Below, piece by piece: positions 63,455 through 64,000 of a stretch of DNA of 64,000 nucleotides (its first letter is position 1; each line of letters opens with the position of its first letter). The stretch is from Methanoregulaceae archaeon. GTDB taxonomy: Archaea; Halobacteriota; Methanomicrobia; Methanomicrobiales; Methanospirillaceae. The notes under the pieces were generated by a model that ran no database searches, was not told the origin of the DNA, and saw only the letters and a list, made by a program, of their open reading frames with translations. Both the position numbers and the translations under genes were made by a program. The stretch covers positions 14,407-78,406 of the forward strand of contig JBFXGJ010000002.1 of the NCBI GenBank assembly GCA_050178135.1, read 5' to 3'.

Positions 63455-64000
63455 TCACGCCTTCTCCACCGGCAAGCCCGCCGCAGTCCAGGCGGCGAAT
63501 CCCCCGAGGACGTTTCCGACTCGTGATGCACCCCGTGCTGTCAGCAGGCTCGCCGCGAGGCTTCCCTTGAAACCGACATCGCAGTGGACCGCGATGGGCC
63601 GGTCGATCGGAACCTCGTCGATCCGGGCGGCGAGCTCCCCCGCGTAGATATGCATCGAGCCCGGGATCGCCCCCCTCTCTTCCCGGTTTGTGATGTCGCG
63701 TACATCCAGGACCAGCATCTCGTCGAGGCGCGCATGCAGGTCCTGCACGGTCAAGGTCTCGATCCGGCCGACGGGGCGGGCGCCGCGGAGCCAGGAGGCG
63801 TAGCCCCCTCCCAGGTACCCGGCGATGTTGTCGAACCCGAGCCGGACGAAGTGGGCCGCGGCGTCGTGGATCTCCTGGTTGAAGTCGTCGACGAGGGCGA
63901 TGGGCTGTTCGTAGTCGAGTGTCCAGCCGATGAAGAGAGGGAGCCCGTCCCGCCAGATGTTGATGCTCCCGGGGATGTGGCCCGCGGCGAACCCGGTCGG
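63455..64000 (-). CDS. tandem rhodanese-domain protein, C-terminal part (continues beyond window)
   Basis: The frame is open to the window edge. Hand translation ...FAAGHIPGSINIW...GYLGGGYASWL (first rhodanese-like domain), then VLDVRD...IAVHCDVGFKGSLAASLL...GGFAAWTAAGLPVEKA (active-site Cys loop). Confidence 0.7.
   Translation of the reverse strand, partial: PTGFAAGHIPGSINIWRDGLPLFIGWTLDYEQPIALVDDFNQEIHDAAAHFVRLGFDNIAGYLGGGYASWLRGARPVGRIETLTVQDLHARLDEMLVLDVRDITNREERGAIPGSMHIYAGELAARIDEVPIDRPIAVHCDVGFKGSLAASLLTARGASRVGNVLGGFAAWTAAGLPVEKA

Noticed and set aside
1-64000. Scan for CRISPR arrays, tRNA/rRNA genes, transposases, integrases, prophage or defence-system genes
   Set aside because: I saw no direct-repeat/spacer arrays, no T-loop (GGTTCGAATC-type) or rRNA-like segments in the non-coding gaps, and no ORF with transposase, integrase, nuclease-helicase or toxin-antitoxin hallmarks. 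The window looks like core chromosome apart from the wtp-embedded surface-protein cluster.

Overview
GC-rich archaeal chromosome segment with short AT-rich intergenic promoters. Gene content (F420-type formate dehydrogenase FdhAB, formylmethanofuran dehydrogenase FwdDBAC, FmdE, an Mmp10-like radical SAM protein) points to a hydrogenotrophic/formatotrophic methanogen, probably Methanomicrobiales-like (inference). I call about 63 protein genes. By eye I found no rRNA, tRNA, CRISPR array, transposase or integrase. There are three themes. (1) A molybdenum/tungsten block: modAB, three moeA paralogues, fdhD, a small Dsr-like siroheme protein, fwdDBAC, fmdE, fdhAB and a WtpABC tungstate/molybdate transporter. 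(2) A tightly overlapping ten-gene operon fumAB-korDABG-sucCD that continues into a DacZ-type diadenylate cyclase and a DUF362 Fe-S protein. (3) Mixed housekeeping and membrane genes: PocR/PAS histidine kinase, CDF and His-rich EamA transporters, thioredoxin, Lon-like protease, hydantoinase-like amidohydrolase, ADP-forming acetyl-CoA synthetase, PrsW, an Nramp-like transporter and a seven-blade propeller protein. The most unusual feature is the wtp locus at 24.5-36.4 kb. wtpC-wtpB are separated from wtpA by five consecutive genes for secreted or lipid-anchored proteins. These are built from a shared module that resembles the molybdopterin-binding (sulfite oxidase/YedY) fold. One is a 1329-aa mosaic (DUF4430-like, PKD and CBM6 modules), one carries a dockerin, one a 240-aa Thr/Pro/Ser stalk and one a C-terminal membrane anchor. 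The string ends with a NapH-type membrane polyferredoxin. A palindrome GGTTAATT-N6-AATTAACC precedes its first two genes, and its half-site recurs in the other Mo/W promoters of the window. All functional calls rest on motif recognition from the translated ORFs. No database search was possible.
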